A model generated the notes under the pieces. It did not search any database, was not told the origin of the DNA, and was given only the letters and a program-made list of their open reading frames with translations. The translations under genes and the position numbers were made by a program. DNA of 64,000 nucleotides, from NCBI RefSeq assembly GCF_006345805.1, contig NC_043025.1, forward strand, positions 15,376,001 through 15,440,000, in the 5' to 3' direction. Positions 11,564-24,546 of the stretch are shown one piece after another; position 1 is the stretch's first letter, and the number at the start of each line of letters is the position of its first letter. The stretch comes from Octopus sinensis (Eukaryota).

Positions 11564-11890
11564 TACTTGATAAAATGTATCAGGCCAAGTAAATTGCTAC
11601 CTGCCACACATACACACTTGTCCATTCAGGAGGAGCTGCTGGTGTCACTTAAAAAGCACCCGTGATGATGTGTCGGTGCCAGGGCTGTGTAAATGTACCC
11701 AAGTCAGTGCTACGTAAAAAGCACCCAGCACACTCTGTTAAGTGTTTGGCATTAGGAAGGGCATCCAGCCGTAGAAATCATGCCACAACAGACAGCTGGA
11801 GTCTGGCCAGCTCCTTGTCAAACCATCCAACCCATGCCAACATGGGAAAGGGGACGTTAAACGATGAAGATGATGATGATGATGATGATA

Positions 11891-12007
11891 TATAAATGTT
11901 TAGCTTAGGATAATCAGTAAGTTGTCATTATAGTACTCAGAGTTTCAAATCATGGAGCGAAGAGCTCTGAGTACTATAATGACAACTTACTAAGCTAAAC
12001 ATTTATA
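11891..12007. repeat. ~117-bp palindrome
   Basis: TATAAATGTTTAGCTTAG...GTAAGTTGTCATTATAGTACTCAGAG / CTCTGAGTACTATAATGACAACTTACTAAGCTAAACATTTATA. Confidence 0.9.
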
Positions 12008-12036
12008 AATAATCCTCTATTTACCTAATATCAACG

Positions 12037-12082
<46 letters not shown>

Positions 12083-12167
12083 GAATAAGGGTAGAAATTG
12101 ATATTAATTAAAACCAGTGGCCCAGCATATTAAAAAAAATCCGAAGATTAAAATATTTTTTACATAC

Positions 12168-12271
12168 AAAAATTTAAAGGACTGACCACTAAAAGTGGAT
12201 GGTCAAGCGATTTTGACATCTATATCTAGCATATTGACTGTCCACTTTTAGTGGTCAGACCTTTAAATTTT
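12168..12271. repeat. ~104-bp palindrome
   Basis: AAAATTTAAAGGACTGACCACTAAAAGTGGA / TCCACTTTTAGTGGTCAGACCTTTAAATTTT. Confidence 0.9.
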
Positions 12272-12569
12272 ATACATATATATATAGAGAGAGGGAGAGT
12301 TTATGAAAAAAACAAAAGATGAAGACGGTGGTGTACAAAACAAACAGATGTATTAGTATAACGCTCAGGAATAGAAAAAGTCTTTTACGTTTCGAGCCTA
12401 TGGGACACAGAAAAAAACAAGGAGAAGAGAAACAGGGAGAGAAAAAACTGTGTGTAGTGGCTAACGATCTATCATGGCGTCTGACTCCTAGAACTTCAAG
12501 ACGAACAAAAAGATGTTAAGTATTTTGCCTGGCGTGCTAATGATTCTGCTGTATATACATATATATATA

Positions 12570-12600
<31 letters not shown>

Positions 12601-13169
12601 GAAAGAGAGAGAGAGAGGGAGAGGGAGATATAGATAGATAGATAGAGAGATAGATAGACAGACAGAGAGACATACAGATATAGTTCTTTATTGGCGATGC
12701 AGGGCTAAACATAGAAGGGACAAAATACAAAGTAGAGCTTTACATTTTGAGAAGAAGAGAAGGAAAAAAAAGAGGGTAGGGATACTCAATAGGGATCGTG
12801 TATCACAGGAATGTCAATGTAAAAAGGGGAAATAGATTAGGTTTATCTGTGGATAGAAAAGCCTATGGAAAAGACCACGGGAACCTTGGGCAATAGTGTC
12901 GTGCAAGAAGAAAACACATTACAGTAAGTGGCTCTCGTTTTCCTTTCGTTTTTGTGGGGGGGGGGGGTTCATAGGATCATGCTTAAGGTGGCTTCGTCAT
13001 TCATACGTGCCATCCTTGCTCCATTCACCCATCTTTTTTCAAAACATTCGCTAGACAAAACTTCCCTCTCTACTTTCACTTTCCTTTTCAAGTGATACTT
13101 GTGGAAGTTGATGAGAGATTGACAGCAATCTGGTATCTTCCATGGTGTTCACGGGGGACATGGAATTGG

Positions 13170-16135
13170 TTCCCGACACAAAGAGAGAACTAGTTCTGTG
13201 ATGCATACAACTTATTAATCTGCAACACTAACTTCTGGAAGCCAGAGAGCCACCTGATAATCTATCAATCAGGCAACTCTGCCAGCCAGATTGATTTCAT
13301 CCTCACCAGACAGCGGGATGCAAGGTTGCTCTTAAATACAAAGACCCTCCCTGGTGAAGAATGTACCCCCCCGCCAGCATGAACTAGTTATTACTGACTT
13401 TAGAATCGAGGCCAGGAGGATACCAAGAAGCAGACCTAACCAGGAAAGAAGCATTTGGAAGCTAAAGAACCCTTCACATGGTCAGAGATTTAAGGACAAC
13501 CTCACTGAAAATTTCATGAAAGGGAGGAGGAGCTACAGACATCGGACAAAGAGGGTCGCTGGAAATTCCCAAGGTTACTGAGTGCCACAGGCCAAATCTG
13601 CAGCTGGTGCAAAGTCCCTTCCAGACCTAAAGTTATGTGGTGGTGGAATAATACAATAGACAAGCCTATTAGAGCAAAGAAACAGGCCTGGAAAGCCTGG
13701 AAGAGTTGGGGTAGCAGGGAACTGTACCAGATAGCCAGAAGGGAATAGGCAACAGGTATACATAACCAGGGAAGAAGCAGAAAAGATGAAGTTTGCCAAT
13801 GTTCAGTGACGTATGGACCAAAGAACTGAAGTATTTCGGATTGCTAGACAGTGTGTGAGAAAAAATTGTGATTTCACAGGAGAGAAATGTGTCCGCATGG
13901 ATGATGGTGCTTTTAATGATTCTGAAAAGAAAGAGGCTTGGAGAAGCCATTATGAAAGACTGCTGAACGTAGAGAATGAATGGGAGGAGGAGAGCCTGCC
14001 AAATGTTGACCCAGTAGAGGGACAAGCTACCTGAATAGATAGCACCCTTGTAGATAAAGAAATTAGGGATATGATGTCAGGAAAAGCCCTGACCCATCAG
14101 GAATCATTGCTGAGATGCTTAAAACATCTGGTGGTGTGGGCTACGGCCTAGTCACCCGCATTGTAAACCAAGTAGTTCATGATGGAGTCATACCCAATGA
14201 CTGGCGTAGCAGCACCATAGTCAACTGCTACAAGGGTAAAGGTGATGCTCTAGATAGAAATAACTACAGGAGTATCAAACTGCTGGATCAGGTGATGAAG
14301 GTCACGGAGAAGGTCATAGCCCGTCTCATTAGGGAGAAAATCTGCTTAGATGAGATGCAGTTCATTTTTTTCAGGTAGAAGTACCACTGATGACTATAGT
14401 CCTGGTATAGCAACTGCAGGAGAAATACCTAGCCAAAGATAAACCCCTATACTTAGCTTTTGTGGACTTGGAGAAAGCCTATGACAGAGTCCCTTGATCC
14501 CTTATCTGGTGGGCGATGCGGGAACTGGGGATTGACAAGTGGTTAATAAGAGCTGTACAAGGATGCCATTAGTAATGTAAGGGTCGGTAATGAGTATAGT
14601 GAAGAATTCCGGATAGAAGTAGGGTTTCACCAAGGATTAGCCCTCAGCCCCTCTTATTCATCATAAACCTCCAGGCAACAACAGAGGAATTCAAGACAGG
14701 TTGCCCCTGGGAGCTCCTCTATGCTGATGACATTGCTCTCAAAGCTGAATCACAACGAGAACTAGAGAAGAAATTTCAGGTGTGGAAGCAAGGGCCTTGG
14801 AATCAATGTTGCAAAAACCAAAGTCCCAGTAAGTATGAAGATGAACACATCAGAAACCCCCTCAGGTAAATGGCCCTACTCAATCTGTAGGAAAGGTGTA
14901 GGTAGAAACTCTATAAGATGTACCCAGTGTAAGCTATGGATGCATAAGAGGTGCAACAACATCAAAGGAAGGTTAAGAAGGTTAACCGGGAAGATAGCTT
15001 TTGTGTGCAGCAGATGCACAGGGGCAATAAACACCACAGATGCTCAGGAAACAGATTCCATCACATGCCAGGAGGAGAAAGTAGAAATAGTTGATAGCTT
15101 CTGCTACCTAGGTGACCAAGTCTGTAGTAGGGATGGATACTCAGAGAGTGTTGCCACTAGAATAAGAACAGCCTGGGCAAAGTTCAGAAAGCTTCTTCCC
15201 CTACTGGAGACAAAAGGTCTCTCACTCATCATGAAAGGTAAATTGTATGATGCATGTGTGCAAACTACCATGCTACATAGCAGTGAAACATGGGCCATGA
15301 CTGCTGAAGACATGTGTAGGCTTGAAAGAAGTGAAGCTGGCATGAACCGCTGGATGTGTAATGTCAGTGTGCACACAAGACAGAGTGTAAATGCCCTGAG
15401 AGAAATGTTGGACATAAGATGTGGTGTGCAAGAGAGAGGACTGGTATGGTCATGTGCTGCATATGGATGAGGAGAGCTGTGTGAAGAAGTATCACTCCTT
15501 AACAGTAGAAGGAACTTGTGGTAGAGGTAGACCCAGGAAGACATGGGATGAGTTGGTGAAGCACGACCTTCGAATGTTGGGCCTCAAAGAGGCAATGACA
15601 AAAGACCGAGACCTCTAGAGATATGCTGTGATTGAGAAGACCTGGCAAGGAAAGTGAGATCACAGCCATAGCCTACACCAGTGTTGCATAACCAGCCCAT
15701 TTGAAAAGTACCTTTAAATCATCAGGCAATGCGCTGCGTCTGAGGAGACCTATTGAGTCAAGTAAAGTTGTGGCCAATGCCAGTGTCACCTGACTGGCTC
15801 CCCATGCCAGTGGCACGTAAAAAGCACCATACGAATGTGGTTGATGCCCCTCCCAACCCTGCACCACGACTGTCTCCTGTGCCAGTAGTACCTAAAAAGC
15901 ACCATCTGAACGTGGCTGATGCTACTGCCGCCTAATTGGCTCCCATGCCGGTGACATGTAAAAATCACCCACTACACTCTTGGAGTGGTTGGCATTAGGA
16001 AAGGCATCCAGCTGTAGAAACCGTACCAAATCAGATTGGAACCTGGTGCAGCTCCCCAGCTTTCCAGGTTTCAGTCAAACCATCCAACCCATGCCAGCAT
16101 GGAAAGTGGAAGTTGAATGATGATGATGATGATGA
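13170..16135 (+). mobile_element. 5'-truncated RTE LINE: end of endonuclease, RT, C-terminus, 3' UTR array and (GAT)n tail; degenerate
   Basis: SQIDFILTR (EN end); IVNCYKGKGDALDRNNYRSIKLL; AFVDLEKAYDRV; LLYADDIAL (~14714-14740); cysteine-rich segment; LYDACVQTTMLHSSETW; GRPRKTW. Multiple stops and frameshifts. Confidence 0.95.
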
Positions 16136-17122
16136 CTTATACATACACATACACACATACATGCACACGCACATACATACATGCATACAGGCAGACAGAC
16201 AGACAGACAGACGCAGTGAGAGGGAGAGAAAGATAGACAGATGGAGAGACAGACTATGCAGCAGTAATGGACATATATTTCTTTACTGCCCACAAGAGGG
16301 GACAAACAAGGACAGGCAAACGGATTAAGTCGATTACATTGACCCCAGTGTGTAACTGGTACTTAATTTATCGACCCCGAAAGGACGAAAGGCAAAGTCG
16401 ACCTCGGCGGAATTTGAACTCAGAACGTAACGGCAGACGAAATACCACATTTCGCCCGGCGTGCTAACGATTCTGCCAGCTCGCCAGTTTAGTAGGAGTT
16501 GATATTAGTGTACGAAACTATGACTTTGAAATACGAGATAAAAAAAAAAAGAAGCAGTCATTCCGCAGTTTCGTATTCGAACACTTCGTGTTGTTTGTTC
16601 CGTTGGTTGTCTTTATTTCCCAGTGACCCTTAAAAATAAGTCACTCTGTCGAAACGACAGAATTCTACCGACATCCACAGGTTTTCTAATGAAGGTTGGT
16701 AATTCTCCCTTTTTTTTTCTCTCTCATTGCTATTGTTTTATCTCCGATTGAAGCCTTTTCAACTGACCCCTAATTAGGGGTCAGCATTTGATCAATTTAT
16801 CGGTTTTGAAGAAACCCTTTCTAACATCGTCACTCATCAATTTACTCTGTTAACAAGGGCCTCTGCGTTACGTGAGTTGTTATGTGAAAAAAGCGTAGAT
16901 AACAATACAGGGTATAACTACAGTTTAGCGCCCCAATCGACTTGATTCCTTCATAATTCTTTTCTACTCAAGGCACAAGGCCCGAAATTTTTGTAGATTA
17001 GATCAACCCCAGTATGCAGTTGGTACTTAATTTGGTCAATATAAAGATCTTCACCCGAGAACAAAACAAAAAATAATAATAAACCAGCCTGGTGAGTGTT
17101 AACAAGTATGTAAAAACGAGCG

Positions 17123-17529
17123 GGAACTTTTCCGTTTGAACGGCAGTTTTTTCTAGCAGTGTCATATGAAATTGTCACCCATAATTATGACCCTAGTATC
17201 GATCTATTGCATTTCAATCTATTTTAGGGTTAGAGGAAAAGGTGTCTTTTTTTCCTTCAGAAATGTAAATAAACCCAATCTGTTTCTTAAACGAGGGACA
17301 TATTCAAACGGCACAGAATGTTTTCACCGCAATAAAAGTCATTGATTGGTTGAAATTGCAGAAATTGAAGAAAAATAAACAACAAATATCTTACAAAGTA
17401 TAGAATTTTCTCAATAAAGCCAAGAGAAAAAGATGTTTTATAAACACATTCTACCAGTATACGAAGTTTAAAAGGGTTTAGTTAGGTGGAAATTATTAAA
17501 AAAAACTGCCGGTCAAACCGAAAAGACCC
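17123..17529 (-). mobile_element. GGATC-family MITE, monomer, reverse orientation
   Basis: TIRs with GGAAC/GACCC variant ends; perfect 8-bp TSD AACGAGCG. Confidence 0.92.
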
Positions 17530-17785
17530 AACGAGCGCGCTGACGACCCTGGAGGAGACTTTCGGAAAATTCACAAGATCCGATTTTTCCGTCATAACTT
17601 CCAGTAAAATGTATATATATTGATTTTTTTACGGAATCCCACGTTTTTGGTTATAGAGGATCTGATGATGAAAAAAAAAATCTTTCAAAAAACGCATTTT
17701 CGAAATTTCAAGTACTTCACCCCCCCCCCCCTACATCAGAAATAATTATAAAACAATCGAGTAAATATGTTTAATATAAGTTAAG

Positions 17786-18332
17786 AAAACCATAACAAGA
17801 CCTCGGGTGTTTCCGTGACAACTTGACAATTCACTTCGGATGTCTTCGTGACCTCCGAAAATTTTCGGATTTTACATACACACATGAAGCAGGTAAGAAC
17901 AAATATGCAGGGCTTTTTGCTGGCATAATTTCGTTATATCTATATTCCACAACACATAACTACCTAAAAACAGAACACGCACACTGTCACGGAGGTCACG
18001 AAGATATCCGAAGTGAATTGTCGAGTTGACACGGAAACAACCGAGGTCTTGTTATGGTTTTGTCGAGTTAAAACGAAGGACCGCCAATGGCAATCTTTCG
18101 TTTTGACTCGAGAAAATGTAAACAATGAATTCGGTGGTTTCCGCGACCACATCTTGTCTTGTCAATTGTCAGTTGGGAAGAGAAAGCTAATGGGTTGTGC
18201 GTGCGCGCTTGTTCCTCTGGGTGTGTGTGTGTGTGTTTGTTCCTCTGGGTGTTATTTCTACATTCCACAACATAAATACATAAAAACAGAATAGACACAC
18301 GCACACATTTTTTCGAGTCAAAACGAAAGATC
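17786..18332. repeat. Multi-hairpin foldback cassette
   Basis: ~74-bp inverted arms at 17786-17859 and 17989-18061; hairpin at 18063-18112; a third inverted copy of the TCGAGTCAAAACGAAAGA motif at 18305-18330. Confidence 0.85.
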
Positions 18333-18399
18333 ACAAAAAATTTTTTTTAAAGTCTTTAAAAATGGTTAAAAAACAAAACAAAAAAAAAACACTTTAATT

Positions 18400-18740
18400 T
18401 TGCTCAAAGCGCTGCCGATGTGGAGAATATACTGCCAACTTTGCCCAAACATTAGCTTCAAGGTTCATCAAAGGCTGGCACCACGGGCCATACGTCCCCT
18501 GCCCAATTCAAGATCACAGCATTATGTACACTGCAACATAATTTCTTTCCCTCAACAGGCCCTGCCCTATTTAACATTGTCCCGAAAGAGATCAAAGAGG
18601 AAAAGGATCCCATCAACTTTAAACGGAGTCTGGGTAGATTCCTTCAAGGAATACCAGATAAGCCACCAATAATTGGATACAACTCACCCAACAAAAACTC
18701 ACTACTTGAATGGACCATAAACAAAACTTGACTTAAACAG
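18400..18740 (+). mobile_element. CR1-group LINE 3' fragment
   Basis: GPALFNIVPKEIKEEKDPINFKRSLGRFLQGIPDKPPIIGY...NSLLEW. The adjacent SINE (18757-18974) has an 18-bp TSD, AGGATTTAGATAATCCTA. Confidence 0.65.
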
Positions 18741-19344
18741 GATTTAGATAATCCTAAAGAAACATTAGTAAGCTGGGCGAAATGCTTAGCAGCATTTCCT
18801 CTGCCGTTACGTTCTGAGTTCAAATTCCGCCGAGGTTGACTTTGCCTTTCATCCTTTCAGGGTCGATAGATTAAGTACCAGTTAAGCACTGGGGTTGATG
18901 TAATCGACTTAATCCCTTTGCCTGTTCTTGTTTGTCCCCTGTATGTTTAGCCCCTTGTGGGCAATATAGAAATAAGGATTTAGATAATCCTATCAGGTGG
19001 TGCTATTAAGTTAGGCATGGCCTGGACCAATCTTTAGTCGAAACATATCTAAGTTTAAAGTAACAGAAAATGTTGATTTGGTAAGAGAGTCAAGATGTGG
19101 GAAGAGAAAGACCTAAAACTGTTCCCCCAAATAATTTTGTTTTTCTAAAAACAAATATCATAATGTACATTCTTGGAAACTTATATCTGCATATAAAATC
19201 AAAGGTGCAGAAATTAAAAGGTATCGTAATCCTGTGGTTGAGTTAGATATCCACGAATCAGGTGCTCCAAAGCAGTTGAAAGGACGAGGACGGCCCATAT
19301 GAGTGTGCAGTAAATATCTGCATCTATCTATATATATATATGGT

Positions 19345-19855
19345 AATCGGAATCGAAATTGAACCAATCCTATGACTGGCACCCGGCAGTTGCCAGGACC
19401 GCTGGACTGACTCCTGTGCAGGTAGCAAGTGAAGAAACACCATTTCGACCCTGTGCTTGAGGAGATCCATTGAGTCAAGTACACCAACATCAAAAAATCA
19501 ATGGAAACTGCAGTTGTGATCCCTGTGCCGGTGGCACGTAAAAAGCACCATCCGAATCGTGGCCGATGCCAGCGCTGCCTAGACTGGCTTCCATGCCGGT
19601 GGCATGTAAAAAGCACAATCCAAATCGTGGCCGATGCCAGCGCTGCCTTGATTGGCTTCTGTGCCGGTGGCACGTAAAAAGCACCCACTACACTCACGGA
19701 GTGGTTGGCGTTAGGAAGGGCATCCAGCCGTAGAAACACTGCCAGATCAGACTGGAGCCTGGTGCAGCCTTCTGGCTTCCCAGATCCCAGTCGAACCATC
19801 CAACCCATGCTAGCATGGAGAACGGACGTTAAACGATGATGATGATGATGATGAT
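19345..19855 (+). mobile_element. RTE LINE 3' UTR with ~3 tandem units
   Basis: Same unit array and tail as 3597-4026. Confidence 0.88.
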
Positions 19856-20645
19856 TATCATCCCTGCTCACACTGTTTCCACCAACTACCTCCTTGCTAA
19901 GTCTCCGTCCACTGATCTCTTTCCTTTTCCATAACACCATTCTCAACACTTAACTGCCCTTGCTCTCTCATCTACCACCTCTCATTACCACTTACCACAG
20001 CCCTCACCCCCAAACCACTCCTATATCTCTCACTACCACTCATTACATGCACTTCTGCCTCCAACTCCCTCCCTATCCCCCCCCATCATGTCTTAAGATG
20101 TTCCAGCATCCCACCTCTCCTGCTGCCTCTTTCTCATCTTTCCAACTCTTCAGCCTCATATCTCTATTACAAGCCATCATCTGAGCTTGGCTTCTTTCCA
20201 TCACACCCTAGCATCTCACTGTCCCTTCCCCCTCTCCACCCCTTTTAGAGAAGGAGGCTTTATCCTTCTCTCCCTCTTTCTTTTTTTTCTTTCTTCTGTC
20301 CTCTTGTTCTTTTCTTTCCTTGCAAGGTACTTGGCACCCCTACTGGTGTTGGTGCCACATAAAAAGCACCCTTTGTACACTGTGTAAAGTGGTTGGCATT
20401 AGGAAGGGTGTCCAGCCATAGAAACCACACCAAAGCTGATACTGGAGCCTGATGCAGCCTTAGGGCTTGCCACTATTCTGTCAAACTGTCCAATCCATGC
20501 CAGCATGGAAAAGCAAACGTTAAATGAGGGCAAGGATTTTGATATATTTGTATAATGAATGCAGGTGTAGTTGTGTGATTTTGAGCTTGCTTCCCAACCA
20601 CATGGTTCTGGGTTCAGTCCCACTGCATGACATCTTAGATAAGTG

Positions 20646-21315
20646 GGATCTTTTCCTTTTGAGTGGCAGACAATTTCTAGTTAACTAAACACTTTAAAAC
20701 TTCGTATACTGGTAGAATGTGTCAAAATAAAACATTTTTTTCTCTTGGCTTTCTTGAGAAAATTGTAATTTGTTTGTTTAACGTAGTTTAATTTTTCGAA
20801 TTTTAACCAATCCTATGCTCTCTTTTGAGCTAAAATCATAAAACTGAGACAACATCCTGTAACTAACCCTAAACCTCCGCCCTAACCTTAACCCTAAATT
20901 TTTTTTTCTTAATTGTTAAATTCATTTAATTGTTATGCATGTAAAAAAACTAAAGCAATGGAATTAAATTAATTTAACAATTAAGAAAAAAAATTTAGGG
21001 TTAGGGTTAGGGGAAAGGTTTAGGGTTAATTACAGGATGTTGTCTCAGTTTTAGACGCAGCAAATGATTTTAGTTGAATGGAGGTAATCGATTGGTTAAA
21101 ATTGTCGAACAGCTCGGATTTTCAGACGAAATATCTTACAAACTATAGAATTTTCTCAATAAAACCAAGAGAAAATGATGTTTTATAAACATATTCTACC
21201 AGTTTACGAAGTTTAAAAGTGTTTAGTTAAAAGTGTTTAGTTAAAAGTGTTTAGTTAAAAGTGTTTAGTTAACTAGAAATTGTGTTGACATCTGCCGTTC
21301 AAAAGGAAAATATCC
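20646..21315. mobile_element. GGATC-ended MITE, ~650-bp foldback form
   Basis: TIRs; TSD GATAAGTG/GACAAGTG; inner ~110-bp inverted repeat; 14-bp TTAAAAGTGTTTAG unit repeated four times in the right arm. Confidence 0.92.
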
Positions 21316-22529
21316 GACAAGTGTTTTCTACTATAAACCCAGGCTGACCAAAACCTTGTGAGTGGATCATGTAGATGTACTGAAAGAAACTGAAAGAAGC
21401 CTGTCATATGTACCAGTGCTGGTTTGTGTCTGTTCTCATAACTTAGTAGTTTAGCAAAAGAGACAGGCTTAAAGAAAAAAAGTAGAAAGGTCAATTTCTT
21501 TAACTAAGAACCCTTGCAGGTGGTGCCCCAGCATGGGCACAGTCCAGTGACTGAAACTAGTAAAAGAACAATAGATACACATTGCTCTTCCTACCAGTGT
21601 GTCTGCCATAATGCTTGTATCCTTCATTTCCAATTTGCTTCAGTGAATCCCGTCTGATCCATGCAGACCTGGAAAAACAGCTCTATTGGGGACAGCTAGG
21701 ATTTTGAGTGCTTGGGTGCTGAGTATCTCCCACAATATCTAACATCCAAGTACCAAGTCTTATGAGTTGTGGGAAGAGACCCTGTGAGACAGGTGGCTCG
21801 CCTATCTCACAGAGTCAACTAGAGCAGGTACACTCACCTCCCTATGAGAGCTCAAAATCTCTCGTGGAAGCGTCATCCAACCAAAGTACAAATATATGGG
21901 AAACTACCACCTGTGTCATCTCTTGTGAAAGGTAGGAGAGTCCAGTTTGCTGGACATTGTTGTAGAGCTTAAAAAGAGGTAATTTCTACTCTTCTCCTCT
22001 GGAAGCCATCTATAGCAATACCAGAGGGCGCACACTCTCCTACCCTGATGTAATCTCCAGGGATACAGGCATCCAGCAATAGGACCTCCGTAATGCCATG
22101 ATGGACCGTGAAGTCTGGCGTAGCATGGTAAATTCCATTGTCTCGACCACGGTCGAACAATGAGGATGAGAACCAGTAAGACCGAGAGCTCTGAGAAGTA
22201 AAATGATAAGAATAATAATAACCCTTTCTATTGTAGGCATAAGGCCTGAAATTTGGGGTTAGGGATTAAGTCAGTTACTTCAATCCCAGTGTATAACTGG
22301 TACTTATTTAATTGACCCGAAGAGGATGAAAGGCAAAGTTGTCCTTGGCAGAATTTGAACTCAGAATGTAGAAACAGACGAAATACTGCCAAGCATTTCG
22401 CCTAATAGAGAGGCTGGATTCTAACCAGAAACAAAGTTAGGCATAGGTTTATTTCATTCCCTGCATGTCCCCTGCTTTCAGAGCCAGTGTCTCACTATCA
22501 TGGTGCAGAGCTTTTTGTGGCCAAGCATC

Positions 22530-22850
22530 AAAAGAGCTGTTCTTCACTCCTGCTCCAGAGCGTAGGCTGCGGGGTCATTGCGAAAAGCTCTATCTGCGAT
22601 GATTTCATCTCAATCGAAGGAGAGGGGCTTTCTCCGTCCGGGTTGCGGATCCGTGGAATAAGCTTCCGGATGAGATAGTGAAGATGCCGATGACCGCTCG
22701 GTTCAAAGTCTCTCTTGATCAGAAATGGCCTGAACTCTTTGCATGAACACCTTCCCTGTACATAACTCCATGTCCCCCTACATGGCCTTGCTTTTTGCTT
22801 TTTGAGCCAAAAAATTAACTTAACTAAATTCATCACTATACTCAAGGTCG
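22530..22850 (+). mobile_element. CR1-like LINE 3' end
   Basis: RLRGHCEKLYL...AFSVRVADPWNKLPDEIVKMPMTARFKVSLDQKW, a typical CR1 ORF2 C-terminus. Confidence 0.8.
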
Positions 22851-23244
22851 AATTTTATCCCACTGACACCAACCTTATACCTAACCTGTACAGATCTAAA
22901 AAGCCACTCATCTACTCCTAACCTGCTTGGAGACCACCAGGTAACAGAACAAGGGAGATTCTGTCTGAAGCTTCCTCCACGTTGAAGAAAGCCAAGTACA
23001 ATAGTTTACATTTAGTTAAATATTTCTCCAGCAATTTAATATCTCCGTAATTATTTCTATCTAAACCATCTCCTTTACCTGGAAGCAGATAACTATAATG
23101 TTGGTACACCTGTCATTAGGGTTGATGCCTTCCTGGACAACCTCATTAAGCTCTAGAGATGAGTAGGCCGGATATTACTCCACCAGATATTCTAATCATC
23201 TCAGCAGTGATTCCTGATTATCCAGGGCCTTTCCCTGTCCTCAT

Positions 23245-23660
23245 ACCTATTTCTTTACTACCCACAAGGGGCTAAACACAGAGAGGACAAACAAGGACAG
23301 ACAAACGGATTAAGTCGATTATATCGACCCCAGTGCGTAACTGGTACTTATTTAATCGACCCTGAAAGGATCAAAGGCAAAGTCAACCTCAGTGGATTTG
23401 AACCAAGAACGTAGCGGCAGACAAAATACCTATTTCTTTACTACCCACAAGGGGCTAAACACAGAGAGGACAAACAAGGACAGACAAACGGATTAAGTCG
23501 ATTATATTGACCTCAGTGCGTAACTGGTACTTATTTAATCGACCCCGAAAGGATGAAAGGCAAAGTCAACCTCAGTGGATTTGAACCAAGAACGTAGCGG
23601 CAGACAAAATACCGTAAAGTATTTCACCCGGCGTGCTAACAATTCTGCCAGCTTGGCGTC
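23245..23660 (-). repeat. SINE with an internal ~183-bp tandem duplication
   Basis: CCTATTTCTTTACTACCCACAAGGGG...GCAGACAAAATAC occurs twice in tandem. Confidence 0.9.
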
Positions 23661-23736
23661 CTCATATCTTTAATTACATAATCTGTCATATTGCTGTCAA
23701 CTTTGGTCTCTCAGTTGGGTCCATATTAGAAGGCTC

Positions 23737-24546
23737 GGATCTTTTCCTTTTGAACGGCAGTTTTCAACACAATTTCTAGTTAACTAAACACTTTTAAACT
23801 TCGTATACTGCTAAAATGTGTTTATAAAACATCTTTTTCTCTTGGCTTTATTGAGAAAATTCTATAGTTTCTAAGATATTTCAACTTTAAAATCGAGCAT
23901 TTCAGCAATTTTAACCAATCGCTCACCTCCATTTGGAGTGAAAAGATTCCGTGCTGTATGAATATGTCCCTCGTTTAAGAAACAGATTGGGTTTATTTAC
24001 ATTTGCGAAGAAAAAAAGATACCCCACTCCTAACCCTAACCCTAACCCCACCCCTAACCCTAACCCTAAAATAGATTGAAATGCAATAGATCGATACTAG
24101 GGTTATAATTATGGGTGACAATTTCATACGACACCACTACGGAAAATGGGATTTTTTTCTAGCAGTGTCATATGAAATTGTCACCCATAATTATAACCCT
24201 AGTATCGATCTATTGCATTTCAATCTATTTTAGGGTTAGGGTTAGGGGTGGAGGAAGGGTATCTTTTTTTTCTTCGCAAATGTAAATAAACCCAATCTGT
24301 TTCTTAAACGAGGGACATATTCATACAGCACGGAATGTTTTCACCCCAAATAGACTCCAGCGATTGCTTAAAATTGCCGAAATGCTTGAAATTTCAGACG
24401 AAATATCTTACAAACTATAGAATTTTCTCAATAAAGCCAAGAAAAAAATGATGTTTTATAAACACATTCTACCAGTATACGAAGTTTAAAAGTGTTTAGT
24501 TAACTAGAAATTGTGTTGAAAACTGCCGTTCAAATGGAAAAGATCC
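23737..24546. mobile_element. GGATC-ended MITE, 810-bp palindromic dimer
   Basis: Two inverted monomer-like bodies meeting at ~24140-24155; perfect 8-bp TSD GAAGGCTC. Confidence 0.93.

Noticed and set aside
12690-13170. Possible L1/Tx1 3' end on the minus strand
   Set aside because: Only a vague resemblance; not enough to list as a feature.
20860-21030. TTAGGG/CCCTAA runs as interstitial telomeres
   Set aside because: Only 1-4 units, always at the same position inside the MITE family.
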